Shown here piece by piece: positions 61,770-64,000 of a stretch of DNA of 64,000 bases. The stretch is taken from the NCBI GenBank assembly GCA_028534125.1, contig CM052816.1, positions 25,670,001 to 25,734,000 of the forward strand, read 5' to 3'. A model generated the notes under the pieces. That model was given only the letters and a program-made list of their open reading frames with translations, was not told the DNA's origin and did not search any database. The DNA comes from Lama glama. Its lineage: Eukaryota. Position numbers and translations under genes: made by a program. Position 1 is the first letter of the stretch; each line of letters opens with the position of its first letter.

Positions 61770-62136
61770 AAAGTGCGGGCTCATCACTGGAGACAACTTG
61801 AGTCTGAGTAACAAACCTTACTAACCAGTCCTCATCCGCCATACATTTCCTCGTCAGCTTCCCCAGGTTTACTGTCCCAGAAGCCCAAACTACCCCCCCT
61901 TTTTCTCCCTGTCTAGTTATTTCTCCAAAATTTATTGTCCTTTGTTAAAATGGTACATGAGCCATTGGAGCTACCAACTCTTTGGGGTTTTACTTTTTTC
62001 TGAAGTCCCCATGCATGCAAAAATGTTGACATAATTTGTATGTCTTTTCTCCTGTTAATCTGTCTTTTTCAGTTTAATTCACAGGCCTCATTTAAAGACT
62101 CTAGGAAGGGAAAAGAAAAGTTTTTCCTCCCCTACT
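61770..62136 (+). mobile_element. ERV1 LTR 3' portion, MER34-family-like
   Basis: TTTGTATGTCTTTTCTCCTGTTAATCTGTCTTTTTCAGTTTAATT...TTTTCCTCCCCTAC; reverse-complement similarity to the LTR end at 24745. Confidence 0.72.
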
Positions 62137-62659
62137 GCTTTGGGGGTTGAGTTTGTGTCTTAGAAAGGGGCTTAATGACAGGGAATGCTTTCAGGTTTGT
62201 TTAATACTTTAAATCTGTGTCAATTAGGAGAACAAACAAATATTTCTGCTCCACTGCAGCATTGTTTACAATTTGTTATAAAATTTCTTCGCACATTGGA
62301 GTACAGTGAATGTATGCACTTGGCTTCCAAGCTGACTGAGCCCAGGTCCAGGAACCAGCAAAAACTGTAGTATTTGAACAGAACTCATCTCTGAATTTAG
62401 AACAGAGGCTGCTGTCTTTCTACTGTGTCAGACTTCCTGCTGGTAGAGAGCATCCCTTGGTCCAGAGATATTGATTGATTATATATATATGAAATAAATC
62501 AGAGACTTCTTTGCCTGCCTGTGCTAAGAGAAATCAGACTCCACACTCTTGACAGTCTGCCTGGGCTGAGATCTGTGCCCAGCCAGCATGAATCATTTGT
62601 AAAGAGAAGTGGAAGGGCAGTCTCCCTGCACAGCCACAGTCCCTGAAAGCCTTATGCTG

Positions 62660-62805
62660 AAAGAGTGGCTCAGGCCCCAAATTAGCAGCATCAGCAGCAT
62701 CTGACCACACCCAGACCCACTAACTTAGAAACTGAGAGGGTGGGACCCAGTAATCAGCGTCTTAAGCTCTCCTGGTGGTTATGATGCAAGCTAAACACTG
62801 AGATA
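62660..62805. mobile_element. MER5-family fragment
   Basis: AGCAGCATCAGCAGCATCTG...CCCAGACCCACT...AGAAACTGAGAGGGTGGGACCCAGTAATC. Confidence 0.65.
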
Positions 62806-62824
62806 AACGAACCCTCTTCTCCTG

Positions 62825-62952
62825 TATACTGAGCACTTCCTACTACCAGGCACAGTTCTAAGCCTATCAATACATTCAGTCTTCACACCAACCGTATATG
62901 GTGGATACCATTTTTACCCCATTCTGTAGATGTCAAAAGTGATGCTCAGAGC
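62825..62952 (-). mobile_element. MIR fragment
   Basis: ACTGAGCACTTCCT...CCAGGCACAGTTCTAAGC...TTACCCCATTCTGTAGATG...GCTCAGAG. Confidence 0.7.
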
Positions 62953-63114
62953 CCCATCACAAAACTGAACAAAACTGAACCTGATCAGGTGCTGGCACTG
63001 TGCTATACTGGGTACTTCAACACAATAAGGGTCAAAAACAGATGTGTCTCTATGCTAATGGAACCCATAGTCTAGTGTAGCTACTAAAGGCATAGACACA
63101 TGAGAAGGATGAGG

Positions 63115-63640
63115 CAAATTTTGTTGCATAAAGAGATATCTGAAGCATAAAAATGGTTCCAGGGTGACTCTCACTCAGGCAACAAGGTGGTGCTGGCCAG
63201 TGATCAGAGGCCTCAGTTCGTCTTCACATGGACCTACCCACAAGGCTGCTTGAGCATCCGCACAACGTGATAAACAACCTAAGAGGAGAAGGTGGAAGTG
63301 GAAGGGGCAGATTTAGCAAATACAAATACAGGTGACCCAGTTAAATTTGAATTTCAGAGAAGCAATAAATAATTGTTTAGTGTTAATGTGGCACATGCCA
63401 TATTTGGGACATATTTATAGTAAAAAAGTTTTATTGATTTCTGAAATTCAAAGTTAACTAGACATAGTGTATTCCATCTGGCAACTCAACTTTCATGACC
63501 TGGGTTCAGAAATCATAGACCATCACGTATTCAATACTTTTTGGCCACATAGAGCAGCTCTGATTCAGCGTGGAAGGAGCCTGCAGACGAATGTTAAAAT
63601 TAGGACATAAGGGTCACTGAGATCTTGAAGGCTGACTGAG
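63115..63640 (-). mobile_element. MaLR LTR (MLT1H-like), split by MER53
   Basis: GAGGCCTCAGTTCGTCTTCACATGGACCT...GGCTGCTTGAG; resumes TTTCATGACCTGGGTTCAGAAATCA...CTGATTCAGCGTGGAAGG. Confidence 0.68.
63303..63488. mobile_element. MER53 palindromic hAT MITE
   Basis: CAGATTTAGCAAATACAAATACAGG...CCAGTTAAATTTGAATTTCAGA and the complementary TCTGAAATTCAAAGTTAACT...ATCTGGCAAC. Confidence 0.9.
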
Positions 63641-64000
63641 ATATCAGATCTGCGACCTTGTCACTGAAATTTTTCCCTAAGGATCCATTCAGTTTTCTCA
63701 AGTTTCCCAAAAGGGAGAGTCATCTTCCAGCATCTACCACTACAATTTTATAGTGTCAATCACAAAGTAAAAATAAGAGTAATTTCCCTTGAAGGAAGGA
63801 GGTGAGCAGTGTAAGACTTTTTCAAGCCACTTCCTCAACAGTGAGATCAATGTTTGCATATGTGTCTTACTTTAACATCTATTAAAAAATATGTCTCTAC
63901 CTATATATGCAAAAGGCTTTCAAACAACAGTGGATGCTTTTCTTATATTCCATTTACAGTCTTAAATGACCACTGTGAGTATTTTAATCACCCTCTATGT

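Noticed and set aside
1..64000. Short ORFs in the six-frame track (60-139 aa), e.g. 14599-15006, 35894-36298, 50327-50746, 52420-52779
   Set aside because: None resembles a protein family I know except L1 ORF2 and Tigger1 remnants. Many lie in LTRs or use non-ATG starts, lengths are at chance level, and I found no consistent exon chain.

Overview
This is AT-rich, CpG-depleted eutherian genomic DNA that looks intergenic or deep-intronic. I found no recognisable protein-coding exon, RNA gene or CpG island. A large share of the window is old interspersed repeat: L1 (MA/MB/MC-type), L2, MIR, MaLR (MLT1), ERVL (MLT2, LTR41, LTR33, MER21) and ERV1 (MER34-like, MER41-like) LTRs, and DNA transposons (a near full-length Tigger1, a Tigger1 deletion derivative, MER5A, Arthur1, MER53). 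One tRNA-Ala-like SINE resembling camelid Vic-1, an artiodactyl-type L1 3' end, and no visible Alu, B1/B2, BovB/Bov-tA, PRE-1, CanSINE or ERE copies together suggest a camelid genome. Repeat family names come from recalled consensus sequences, not from a search, so subfamilies and edges are approximate. I cannot support a new biological system here. The most unusual directly visible signals are a 42-bp sequence present twice 1.64 kb apart, one copy splitting a MIR and folding back on it (templated-insertion-like), a MER53 hairpin carrying a miR-1302-like arm, and several small CpG-retaining candidate regulatory patches.
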